This document shows, piece after piece, positions 7,754 through 16,247 of a stretch of DNA of 39,271 nt (positions within the stretch are counted from its first letter, which is position 1; each line of letters starts with the position of its first letter). The notes below the pieces were generated by a model. It was not told where the DNA came from and ran no database searches. It saw nothing but the letters and a program-made list of their open reading frames with translations. Source of the DNA: Candidatus Krumholzibacteriia bacterium (GTDB lineage Bacteria > Krumholzibacteriota > Krumholzibacteriia > WVZY01 > JAKEHA01); assembly GCA_025923935.1 (NCBI GenBank), contig JAICFA010000003.1, positions 1-39,271 of the forward strand. The letters are read 5' to 3'. The translations under genes were made by a program, and so were the position numbers.

Positions 7754-9366
7754 TGCGCGTTCGGGTCGTAAAGGAACACTTCGCGGAAGATGTCGCGCGA
7801 GCCGTCGCCATATTCGACCGCGGCCACGGCGATAAGCGGCCCTTTTTTCACGTCGATGCCGCTGCCGTTCACCCCGTCCCAAGGAAACGCATAGTATTGC
7901 CGGGCCGAGTTGTCCTCGAGAATCTTCACAATTTGACCCGTCATGTCGAAAACGCGCAGCGTGCAGCGGCTGGCGGTGCGGGTGGCATTGACGTCGAAAG
8001 CGTCGCCCGGGCGGAATGGTGCCCGCGTAAACAACCCCGCGCCGGTGTCGAAGTTGATCGTCAAGGTGTTGGAGCGCGGGCTCACGTTCATCGCGCCGTC
8101 GCGCAGCGTGGCGTAGATCTCGTTGCGGCCGGGCAACAACTCGAGGTCGAGCGCGAAGTCGTCGGCGATCACCGTCGACACCGAATCCACCAAGGCACCG
8201 TTGCGGTACACGCGTACGAAGGAGCCGTTGTCGCCCCCGTCGCTCGCGTGTCCGGAGAGCGGATACCGGCTGGTGTTCCAGGTGCTCGGCGCCGGGTCCA
8301 GGGTGGGTGGTGGCGGCGAGGTGAGGTCGAAGGTGAAGTTGAACACGTACGTCGCGGGCCGGCCGAAGCTATCGGTCGCGCGAAACTCAACCGAGTGCAG
8401 GCCCTGCGTCGTGAACGAATCCGCCAGCGGGATCGCAAAGCGCAGCTCATCGTCGATAACCGTCGCCCCCGTTACAAGCTGGTAGGGGCGATTCGTCGCA
8501 TAGCGAACCGCGAGCGAATCCACGCCGTTACGGTCGAAGGCAAACCCGTGCAAACTGTCGGGAACCACGGCGACCGAAACATTCTCTGCAAGACTGGTGA
8601 TTGTCACGCTAGGCGGGCGCGTGTCGACGTCGAAATGATACCTCGTGGTGTCGACGAGGCCAGCCACGTCCGCCAGCGTCAGCTTCACCGCGAATTCTCC
8701 GTCTGCGGGTGGAGTGGTTTCGGCGGTCGCGTTCCAGGTCAGCACATAATTACCGTTCTGACCTGCGAATGGTGGTGAGGTGATGAGCGAAACCGGTGTC
8801 ACCCGCGCGCCGCCCGGTGCAAAAAATTCGCTGCGCAGTTCGTCGGGAACACGCCCTGTGACCACCGGCGATGCATTGGCCACGGTGAACGAAACATTGA
8901 CCGATTGGGCCGCGCTGGGTGCACCGGGTGCATAGGGATTGGGGAGCACGCTCAGGATGTGAATCGAGGGAGCGGTGACGTCGACAAAGATGGGGAGCGA
9001 CGACACCGAATCGGGGTTTGCGCCGGTGCTCGCGTACAGCGTCACGAGGTACATGCCCTCGGGCACCAACGAATCATTGTCGCGCCGGCCGTCCCAAAAA
9101 TACTCCTGCTCCGCCGTCCCCTCCGGGCCCAGCGCTTTCAATGTCCGCACCGGTGTGATCGAGTCGGCCGCATACACGATGAGCGATGCCTCCGCCGCGG
9201 CCGAAAGCCGGTAGCGGATGCGGGATTCGTCCTGGGTACCGTCGCCGTTGGGCGAGATCGCGTTCTGCGCATCGAAGCGCGTCACGATGGTCTGCGCGCG
9301 CGCGATCGGTGCCAACAGCGCGGCCAAGAGAACACCGGCGATGATCGGGATGGGGAATCGAATCAA
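7750..9366 (-). CDS. secreted multi-Ig protein with FlgD-Ig / T9SS CTD-like modules
   Basis: Signal peptide (TTG at 9366). ISPNGDGTQD...WDGRRDNDSLVPEGMY; LPNPYAPG...WNAT..ADGEF; D-x-T-x-P Ig linkers; C-terminal LRVFDMTGQIVKIL...WDGVNGSG. Confidence 0.8.
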   Translation of the reverse strand: MIRFPIPIIAGVLLAALLAPIARAQTIVTRFDAQNAISPNGDGTQDESRIRYRLSAAAEASLIVYAADSITPVRTLKALGPEGTAEQEYFWDGRRDNDSLVPEGMYLVTLYASTGANPDSVSSLPIFVDVTAPSIHILSVLPNPYAPGAPSAAQSVNVSFTVANASPVVTGRVPDELRSEFFAPGGARVTPVSLITSPPFAGQNGNYVLTWNATAETTPPADGEFAVKLTLADVAGLVDTTRYHFDVDTRPPSVTITSLAENVSVAVVPDSLHGFAFDRNGVDSLAVRYATNRPYQLVTGATVIDDELRFAIPLADSFTTQGLHSVEFRATDSFGRPATYVFNFTFDLTSPPPPTLDPAPSTWNTSRYPLSGHASDGGDNGSFVRVYRNGALVDSVSTVIADDFALDLELLPGRNEIYATLRDGAMNVSPRSNTLTINFDTGAGLFTRAPFRPGDAFDVNATRTASRCTLRVFDMTGQIVKILEDNSARQYYAFPWDGVNGSGIDVKKGPLIAVAAVEYGDGSRDIFREVFLYDPNAQ

Positions 9367-9428
9367 GCGACTACCTTGAAACTCGGGGGGTGTGCACAAC
9401 AAGAAGTATCACGGCAAGCGCGCCGCGG

Positions 9429-10160
9429 TCAACGGATTTGGGCCGCCAGTGCGGGCAATACCGACATCGCGCCACCCGGGACGAACACGTCCGCCAACTC
9501 TGACAGCGGCGTGGGCTCGGGGTTGATTTCGACGACGTGCGCCCCCGCCGCCTTTGCTTCGGCCGCGAAGCCCGCAGCGGGGTAGACGAGCCCGGACGTT
9601 CCCACGACCAAGAGCACGTCGCAGTGGGCGAGTGCATGGTAGGCGGCGTCGAGATGCGCGGGTTGCAGCATCTCGCCGAACCACACCACGTCGGGGCGAA
9701 GCAGCGAGCCGCAGGCACAATGCGGCGGTGTTTCGCCGCTTGCGAACGGCTCGCGCGCAGGATGGTCGCGGTCGAAGCACTTGTAGCGAAAAATATTCCC
9801 GTGCAGCTCGATCACGTGCTTCGATCCCGCCGCCGCGTGCAGGCCGTCGATGTTCTGCGTGAGCACGACGAAGGTGTGCGCGCGTGCCTCCCACTGCGCG
9901 AGTGCTACGTGCCCCGCGTGCGGCTGGGCCTGCGCGATCATCGCACGCCGGTCGGCGTACCAGCGCCACACCAACGCGGGATCGCGACGAAATCCGTCGC
10001 GCGTGGCCAGCGCTTGCGGATCGTAGTTCGCCCACAGGGCATTGGGCGCGTCGCGAAACGTCGGAATCCCACTTTCCTTCGACATGCCCGCGCCCGTTGT
10101 CACCACGATGCGCTGCGCGCCGCGTAGCATCTCGACCGCCTGTGCGAGCTCGTTGGTCAC
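9429..10160 (-). CDS. cobB: NAD-dependent protein deacylase (sirtuin class III)
   Basis: TGAGMSKESGIPTFRD, TQNIDGLH, ELHG, RPDVVWFGE, VGTSGLVYPAA, IN. YxxR motif (WYADR) of desuccinylases. GTG start overlaps the EamA stop. Confidence 0.93.
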   Translation of the reverse strand: MTNELAQAVEMLRGAQRIVVTTGAGMSKESGIPTFRDAPNALWANYDPQALATRDGFRRDPALVWRWYADRRAMIAQAQPHAGHVALAQWEARAHTFVVLTQNIDGLHAAAGSKHVIELHGNIFRYKCFDRDHPAREPFASGETPPHCACGSLLRPDVVWFGEMLQPAHLDAAYHALAHCDVLLVVGTSGLVYPAAGFAAEAKAAGAHVVEINPEPTPLSELADVFVPGGAMSVLPALAAQIR

Positions 10161-11074
10161 GGGTGCGCCCGGCTCGGCTTGCGCGCCGGCGGCCACCACG
10201 TGGCGACTGCGATGCCCGCCAAGATGAGCGCGGCGCCCACACCGAGCCGCGGTGAGACAGTTTCGCCCAACAGCCATACGCCGAACAACACCGCGATCAC
10301 GGGAATAATGAAGGTTTGGTACGAGATCACGGTGACGTCGAGGTGTTTGATCGCGTAGAAAAAGAGCGAAAACGCACCCACCGATCCGGCCAGCGCGAGA
10401 TAGATGATCGAGAGCCACGTCGTGCGGTTGAACTCGAGGGGATTGGCGTTCTCGGAAATCAGCGCACCCACCCCCGCCGCCACCGCCCCGGTCGCGAACG
10501 GAATCAACAGCGATACCACCGGGTGATAGCCGCGGTTCCATTTCTTGGTGGCCACCGAGCCAATCGACGCGGCGCACACACTCCCCAGCACGCACGCGAC
10601 ACCGGCCGCGTGCTCGCTGCCGCCGGACGCAGCCCCGGCGCGCCAGCTGTCCGCGAAGATAACGGCGACACCGCCAATGCCGATCGCGATCCCCAACAGC
10701 TTGCGCGGTGTCAGCGGATCGTTGAGAGCGACGCGCGCGATCAGTGCGACGATGAGCGGCATAGTGGCGTACAGCACGGCCGCTTGCCCCGAGGGAATGC
10801 GCTGCTCGCCGAAGTAAACCAGCGAATACGGCAGCACGATGTGAAACATGCCGAGTGCCACACCCAACTTCACGAAATGGCCCTCGCGCGGGATGGGGAC
10901 GCGCAGCGCGCGCACAATGAGCCACACCGCGGTCGTGGCGATCGCCATGCGGACGGCGATGCTCGTCAACGGCGGCGCTCCCCGAAGGCCGATCTTGATC
11001 CCCATCCAGGTGGAGCCCCAAATAAGGCACATCGCGGCATACGCCAGCACGAGCCGGGTGGTGTGATTGCTCAC
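10157..11074 (-). CDS. DMT/EamA family transporter
   Basis: CLIWGSTW, two EamA repeats, about 10 TM helices. Start is GTG 11074 or ATG 11113. Confidence 0.9.
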   Translation of the reverse strand: MSNHTTRLVLAYAAMCLIWGSTWMGIKIGLRGAPPLTSIAVRMAIATTAVWLIVRALRVPIPREGHFVKLGVALGMFHIVLPYSLVYFGEQRIPSGQAAVLYATMPLIVALIARVALNDPLTPRKLLGIAIGIGGVAVIFADSWRAGAASGGSEHAAGVACVLGSVCAASIGSVATKKWNRGYHPVVSLLIPFATGAVAAGVGALISENANPLEFNRTTWLSIIYLALAGSVGAFSLFFYAIKHLDVTVISYQTFIIPVIAVLFGVWLLGETVSPRLGVGAALILAGIAVATWWPPARKPSRAHP

Positions 11075-11191
11075 AAGGATGCCGCCGCCGGTCGGGTCAT
11101 GGCCGGTCACCATAGCGCATGCCGAGACTTCGCGAAAGCAAGTCCTAACGCGGTGAAACCGGATGAGTTACACATGGCGAGCAGGCCGAGA

Positions 11192-11221
11192 TTGACACCC
11201 CGGGGAACGCGGGGGTAGCAT
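11192..11221 (+). promoter_or_regulatory. sigma70 promoter (TTGACA-N18-TAGCAT)
   Basis: Perfect -35 hexamer plus a TAnnnT -10 upstream of the GT-C gene. Confidence 0.65.
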
Positions 11222-11285
11222 GAGACTCGATAAATCACCGTATTTCCCTGAGAGGTAATACCTAGTAACAACTGGTAACGTCCCC

Positions 11286-12992
11286 TTGAGAAAAATTAGC
11301 CCCGGCCTTTTCGTCGTCTTGGCGGCGGCGGCGGCAGTGCATCTGGCGATTGCCTTACAGGATTTCGGCACGCTCGCGCGCAACGGCTTCCTCTACGACG
11401 ATAGCTTTTATGCCTTCCAGATTGCGCGCAACATCGCGCACGGTGAAGGTGCCACGTTCGACGGCATCCACGCCACCAACGGCTTTCAGCCGCTCTACGT
11501 TGGTGTGCTGGTGCCGCTGTACTGGATTGCCGGGGACAGTCCTACCCTTCCGATTCATCTCGCGCTGATTTTCTCGGCGCTCATCACCGTCGCCACCGCG
11601 TTCATTCTTTATCGGCTGGTGGCGCGCCGCGCCAGCGAGGCGGCCGCGTTGATCGTCGCCGGCGCGTGGGCGTTCTCTCCCATCGTCATTCGACAAGCCG
11701 CCAACGGGCTCGAGACCGCACTGTCGCTGTTTTCGTGCGCGCTTGCCGTCGACTTCTATCTCCACCGCGTGCGCTCGGCGAGCGCGCCGTCGCGCCGCAC
11801 GTTTCTTGCGCTGGGGGCACTGCTTGGCTTCGCCATGCTGGCGCGCGTCGACCTGGGATTCTTGGCACTCGCCCTGGGCCTGGATTATTTGTTGGTGGCC
11901 CGCGGACGCATGCGCGGCGAAGGCGCGGCACTGCCGTGGCGCAGTAATGTCGCCACCGCGCTGGCGGCTGGGATCATCGTGTGTCTGCCGTGGGCCATTT
12001 ACGGCATCGCGTCGGTGGGCTCGCCCCTCTCCGAGAGCGGGCGCGCGACGCGCACGCTGGCCATCGCCTATGCGCCCTTCTTCGATTTGGGATCGTCCAC
12101 GGACCGCGAGCCCAGCGCCGGCTTCATGGCCCAGCACTTCGAGCGCTCGCTCAAGACACTCAAGGTGATTCCCGCCGTGCACCCCGTGTTCCGCGGCGTG
12201 CGCAAGATGTCGGAAGGCATGCACGGCGGCGAGACCGCGGCGAATATCATCGGCGTGATTCTGCTGGGGTCTTCCGCGGCGTGGTGGTGGCGCCGCCGCC
12301 GCAACCGGCCGGAGATGCGCGAGCTCGACTTCTTGCTCCTGTTCTGCGTGATGATGATCGTGGCGTATTCCACGTACGTGTTCGGCGTGTTCTTTTTCCT
12401 GCGCTATTACTATCCGCTGTATTTCGTCGGCATGGTGTTCGCCGGCTTGGCGGTCGACGACATCATCGCGTGGGCGCGCCGCCATTCGCTCGGCGTGCGC
12501 CGCGTCGCCCTCGCGGCCAGCGGGGTGTATGCCTCTGCGTTGTTGTTCATGAGCTACACCAGTGCCTTCCGCACCGTGCCGGTGTACGGCTTCTACGATG
12601 CGGCGCGCTGGGTCGCGACGCACACCGAGGCGTCGGAGACCATCGGCGTGTTCCAGGGCGGTGCCATCGGATATCTCTCCGACCGCCGCGTCGTCAACCT
12701 GGACGGCAAGGTCAACGGGGAAGCGTACCAGGCCATGCGCGAGGGCCGGATGCGCGAATACGTCGACCGCGCCCACATCGACTTCGTGCTCGACAGCGAG
12801 CGCGTCCTCGACCTCTTCCTCGGACCGTGGAGCGACGAAGATCGCGCGCGCATCGCGCACGACACGGTCTTCGACGGCGCCCGCCACGGTGTAAGCGGCT
12901 GGATCGGCTTCCGGCTCTCGCCACCGCGCGGCTACGGCGCCGGTGCCGCGAGCTCGTCGGCGCAGCGCGTGCAGCCGGACCGCGCGCCGTAA
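11286..12992 (+). CDS. GT-C fold membrane glycosyltransferase (ArnT/PMT-like)
   Basis: YDDSFYAFQIARNIAHGEGATFDG...TNGFQPLY, NGLET, LARVD, LRYYYP, GAIGYLS..VVNLDGKVN; about 11-13 TM plus a C-terminal soluble domain. Confidence 0.82.
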   Translation: MRKISPGLFVVLAAAAAVHLAIALQDFGTLARNGFLYDDSFYAFQIARNIAHGEGATFDGIHATNGFQPLYVGVLVPLYWIAGDSPTLPIHLALIFSALITVATAFILYRLVARRASEAAALIVAGAWAFSPIVIRQAANGLETALSLFSCALAVDFYLHRVRSASAPSRRTFLALGALLGFAMLARVDLGFLALALGLDYLLVARGRMRGEGAALPWRSNVATALAAGIIVCLPWAIYGIASVGSPLSESGRATRTLAIAYAPFFDLGSSTDREPSAGFMAQHFERSLKTLKVIPAVHPVFRGVRKMSEGMHGGETAANIIGVILLGSSAAWWWRRRRNRPEMRELDFLLLFCVMMIVAYSTYVFGVFFFLRYYYPLYFVGMVFAGLAVDDIIAWARRHSLGVRRVALAASGVYASALLFMSYTSAFRTVPVYGFYDAARWVATHTEASETIGVFQGGAIGYLSDRRVVNLDGKVNGEAYQAMREGRMREYVDRAHIDFVLDSERVLDLFLGPWSDEDRARIAHDTVFDGARHGVSGWIGFRLSPPRGYGAGAASSSAQRVQPDRAP

Positions 12993-13177
12993 CCTCGGTT
13001 TCTGCGATCGTCCCTCTCCTGCTCGCTAACCTCGGCCCTGTAATCGTCCCTCTCCGCGCGGAGATAACCTCGGCCTCTGCGATCGTCCCTCTCCGCTCAT
13101 ACCGGCGCTCGATGAATCGCAAATTCGTGTTGTAGTCGAGCGCCGAAAATCGCGTCGAGGGATCGATCACAGAGGCC
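12990..13177. repeat. REP/MITE-like palindromic element (13072-13177) with its left arm present in three tandem copies
   Basis: TAACCTCGG..TCTGCGATCGTCCCTCTCC at 12990-13019, 13027-13055 and 13065-13094. Inverted copy at 13157-13177. Perfect inner 10-bp stem 13103-13112/13136-13145. Confidence 0.85.
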
Positions 13178-14136
13178 TAGTAGTTTTTGATGATGGGTTC
13201 CATCTCGTGCATGAGACGGACGCGGCCGCCGGGGCGTGACAGGACGGGGAGGGCGCGGGGCAGCACCTTGACGTCGAGGGGCCTGTCGCGACGGCCGAGG
13301 TATTCGCCGTCGATGTGAATGGGAAAGGGGTGCGAGGCGGTGACGCGAACGCGTGCGGCGGTATGAAGGCCGATACCGCGCTTGCCGGCGTGGCGACCGC
13401 GAATGGTGCTGGGCAAGAGCGACAGCATGCGCAGGCGCGGCATGCGATCGGCGGTGCACACGTCGAGGTGGCCGTCGTCGGCGACGGCGCGCGGGTTGAT
13501 GTAGAAACCGCCGCCGGCGCGCGGGCCGTTGCCGATCGACACGAGTAGAAATTCGCCGTCGATGCGACGGTTGCCATCGGGCGCGCCAACCGGCTCCGCA
13601 ACGAGATCCCCATCAAAGAGCTCCAACGAGAAGCGATTGGATTCGTACTGCGCGAGAGCTTTTCCCACCGCGAGCAGATACAGCGCGAGTCCGCGCACAC
13701 GCCGGATCGACAGACTGTGATAGGTAACGAGTGCTTCGAAGCCGATGCCGATGCTGTTGGCACAGTAGCGGTCGCCGCAGTCGAGGACGTCGAGACGAAA
13801 GCCCGCGCCGCGCGCCACCACCTCGGCGAGCTCTTCCGGCGTACGGGGACATTCCACCAAGGACGCGAAGTCGTTGCCCGAGCCGCTGGGGACGACCACC
13901 AACGGGACCGGGTGGGGCATGAGCCCGTTGACGACTTCGCTCACGGTCCCGTCGCCGCCCACCGCGCAAACCACGTCCGAATCGGCCGCCGCCTGCCGTG
14001 CTAGCTCGCTCGCGTGGCCCGGTCCTTGCGTCCAAAGGAATTGGGTATCGCCACGTACCGCACGGGCATAGCGCTCGACGGTGGTTCGCGTCCTACCGCG
14101 CCCGGCCATGGGGTTGGCTATGAAACTGACTCGCAT
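13177..14136 (-). CDS. diacylglycerol/lipid kinase family protein (YegS/DgkB-like)
   Basis: ANPMAG, GGDGTVSEVVNG, PSGSGNDFA, GIGFEA, NGPRAGGG, DDGHLD, IDGE. ATG at 14136. Confidence 0.92.
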   Translation of the reverse strand: MRVSFIANPMAGRGRTRTTVERYARAVRGDTQFLWTQGPGHASELARQAAADSDVVCAVGGDGTVSEVVNGLMPHPVPLVVVPSGSGNDFASLVECPRTPEELAEVVARGAGFRLDVLDCGDRYCANSIGIGFEALVTYHSLSIRRVRGLALYLLAVGKALAQYESNRFSLELFDGDLVAEPVGAPDGNRRIDGEFLLVSIGNGPRAGGGFYINPRAVADDGHLDVCTADRMPRLRMLSLLPSTIRGRHAGKRGIGLHTAARVRVTASHPFPIHIDGEYLGRRDRPLDVKVLPRALPVLSRPGGRVRLMHEMEPIIKNY

Positions 14137-14191
14137 ATTTTGCACGCGACCCTGCGCATCGCCACAGGGACACCCGAGGCTATCCGAGCAG

Positions 14192-16048
14192 CTGCGCGCG
14201 CGAAAACGGAATTCTGCGGGGGGCGCGGCGGTCGCCGCATTGGTGCTCGGCGCCTCCGCCACGCTTTGGGCCTCCCCGACGGCCACCGCGCTGCGCGACG
14301 TCTGGCACGTCGGACCCATGCCGGCGGTACGTGCGCTGTGCCATACCGGCAACCTGCTGTGGGTGGGAACGGCGGCCGGGCTCTATCTCGTCGATATTCG
14401 TAACGGCACCGTCCTCGCCCACGAAGTGGCGGGGGAGAAGCTGCCGTCGACATCGGTTCGCGCCATCGCGGCCAAGGGTGACAGCGTGTTCGTTGGCACC
14501 GACGCGGGGCTGGCCATGTTTCGCCGTGGGAAGGACGGTACCATCGAGTCGCGCGTGTTCGTGCCGGCTGCACCCGGACCTCTCAAGAAAGTCCCGCTCG
14601 CGCGCATCGCGGGACTGGGCGTGGGTGCGAACGGTGACGTGCTCCTCGCGACGTCGGGGCGCGGCGCCGGCATCATTACGCGCGGGCGCGGCTACGCCAT
14701 CACGCGGCGCGATTCGCTGCTCGACGACAAGGTGTTCGCCGTTGCCGATCGCGCCGATGGGACGCGCTACTTCGCGACGTCGATGGGATTGTGCGCGCAA
14801 GTGCGCGACACCGTGTTCGTCTCCTTCCAAGCCGGCGCGGGTATTCCGCGCGGCGAAGTGCGGGCACTCGCGCCCGCCGATCGAAAAACGTTCTACTTGC
14901 TGGTCGCGAATCACGGCGTATTTCGCTTCGACGGCGCGCACGCGGCGGAAGTGAAGTCGCCGCCCGACGTGCGGCTGCGCGACGCCATCGCGATCTCGGC
15001 GGGCAGCGACGGCACCTTGTGGGCCGTGGGCGACGGCTGGATCTACGCGCGGCGTGGAAGTAAGTGGACGCGCGTAACGCCGCCGGAATCGGATCGCGCA
15101 GCGCGCTGGACGGTGGTGGTCGCCGATGGCGCCGGCGCGTTCGTGGGGTCGAGCGATGGCCGCGTGCTGGCGGTGAATCGCGGGGGTGCCTTGCGTGTGG
15201 TACTGCCCGTGGGATTGCCGGCGGCGCGCGTGGAGTCGATCGCTGCCGACGGAACGGGTACCGCCTGGTTCGTGTGCGATGGGCAGCTGGTACGCGCCGA
15301 CGCCGCGGCGCGCACGTTCACGACGGACGACGCACCGAGCGACGTACGCGCCATCGCGCTGTCGCCCGTGGGCGAGGTGTGGACCGCGGGCCGCTGGAGT
15401 GTTCGCCACCGCGCGGCCGATGGATGGGCCGACGCCCACCCCGATGTGGCGGAGCCGGACCCGTCATTCACCGCGCTGGTCGCGGATGGGCGCGGGGTGT
15501 GGGTGGGCACCGCATCGGGAGCGCTGTACCGCTACGACGGCGGACTGTGGCTGCGCATGGCGCGCGCCAGCGGTGCTCGCGTCGACGAAATACACGCCGC
15601 GGACGAAAGCGCGTGGTCGCTGCGCGACGGCCGACTCTATCGCAGCGAAGACGGGCGCTGGCGGCATTACGCCGGCATCGACAGTGCCGCCGCGGTGGTC
15701 GATGTTGCGCGCTCGCCGGGTGGGGTGTGGGTGGCGGCGACCGAGACCGACCTGTACGCCTTCGACGAAGCGAAGCGCGCCTGGAAGCCGGGACGCGACT
15801 GGAGTGCGTCCGGTCCGGGTGCCCTGCGCGGTCGCATGCGCGCGTTGTCGTTCGACGCCGAGGGGCGCTTCATCGTCGGTACCACCGAAGGCGTGGCGCT
15901 GTGGGGTGCCAAGAGTGTGCGCTGGCTCACAGCGGGCGATGGACTCGGCGGCGCCCATGTCGCCGACCTCGCCGTCGACGGCGACCGTTTGTGGATTGGC
16001 TTTGCCGAAGATGGTGTTTCGGTAATTTCGCTGCGTGAGTTATGGTGA
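14192..16048 (+). CDS. secreted multi-blade beta-propeller protein (two-component-regulator propeller / PorZ-like repeats), no kinase domain
   Basis: Repeated LWVGT..GL, VFVGTDAGL, VWVGT, LWIG blades and T-x-x-D-G/S-L linkers; signal-peptide-like N-terminus. Start uncertain (ATG 14120, CTG 14192 or TTG 14240). Confidence 0.8.
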   Translation: MRARKRNSAGGAAVAALVLGASATLWASPTATALRDVWHVGPMPAVRALCHTGNLLWVGTAAGLYLVDIRNGTVLAHEVAGEKLPSTSVRAIAAKGDSVFVGTDAGLAMFRRGKDGTIESRVFVPAAPGPLKKVPLARIAGLGVGANGDVLLATSGRGAGIITRGRGYAITRRDSLLDDKVFAVADRADGTRYFATSMGLCAQVRDTVFVSFQAGAGIPRGEVRALAPADRKTFYLLVANHGVFRFDGAHAAEVKSPPDVRLRDAIAISAGSDGTLWAVGDGWIYARRGSKWTRVTPPESDRAARWTVVVADGAGAFVGSSDGRVLAVNRGGALRVVLPVGLPAARVESIAADGTGTAWFVCDGQLVRADAAARTFTTDDAPSDVRAIALSPVGEVWTAGRWSVRHRAADGWADAHPDVAEPDPSFTALVADGRGVWVGTASGALYRYDGGLWLRMARASGARVDEIHAADESAWSLRDGRLYRSEDGRWRHYAGIDSAAAVVDVARSPGGVWVAATETDLYAFDEAKRAWKPGRDWSASGPGALRGRMRALSFDAEGRFIVGTTEGVALWGAKSVRWLTAGDGLGGAHVADLAVDGDRLWIGFAEDGVSVISLRELW

Positions 16049-16088
16049 GCCGTGAGCCACCCGGGGACGGGGTGTCCACGAAATGGCG

Positions 16089-16118
16089 TTGGTGGCCAAA
16101 AGACGGCTGTGGTACTAT
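16089..16118 (+). promoter_or_regulatory. putative promoter of the GT2-wzz-wzy unit (TTGGTG-N18-TACTAT with TGn extension)
   Basis: TGGTACTAT at 16110-16118. Confidence 0.5.
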
Positions 16119-16247
16119 CAATTTCGCCCCCCAACCCAAGAGGTCAGCGAAGAGCCATTGATATCGACTCCATGAGGCGCGAACCCGTGAACCGCGGTGT
16201 CGCGGAGCTTGCATCCAAAGGATCCCGTCCGAGGGAGTTGACGATCA

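Noticed and set aside
9429-11030. 533-aa ORF suggesting an N-terminally extended CobB
   Set aside because: The extension is an alternative frame over the EamA gene; the real start is the GTG at 10160 that overlaps the EamA stop.
11222-11285. AT-richer leader containing CTGAGA as a possible TPP riboswitch
   Set aside because: Too short, and it lacks the other TPP elements; only a weak hairpin is possible.
12990-13094. Three ~30-bp direct repeats as a mini CRISPR array
   Set aside because: Spacers are only 7 and 9 bp, the repeats are degenerate, an inverted copy follows, and no cas genes or leader are present.
16119-16247. Leader of the polysaccharide genes as an ops/JUMPstart site or c-di-GMP riboswitch
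   Set aside because: No GGCGGTAG ops core and no GEMM motif are visible.
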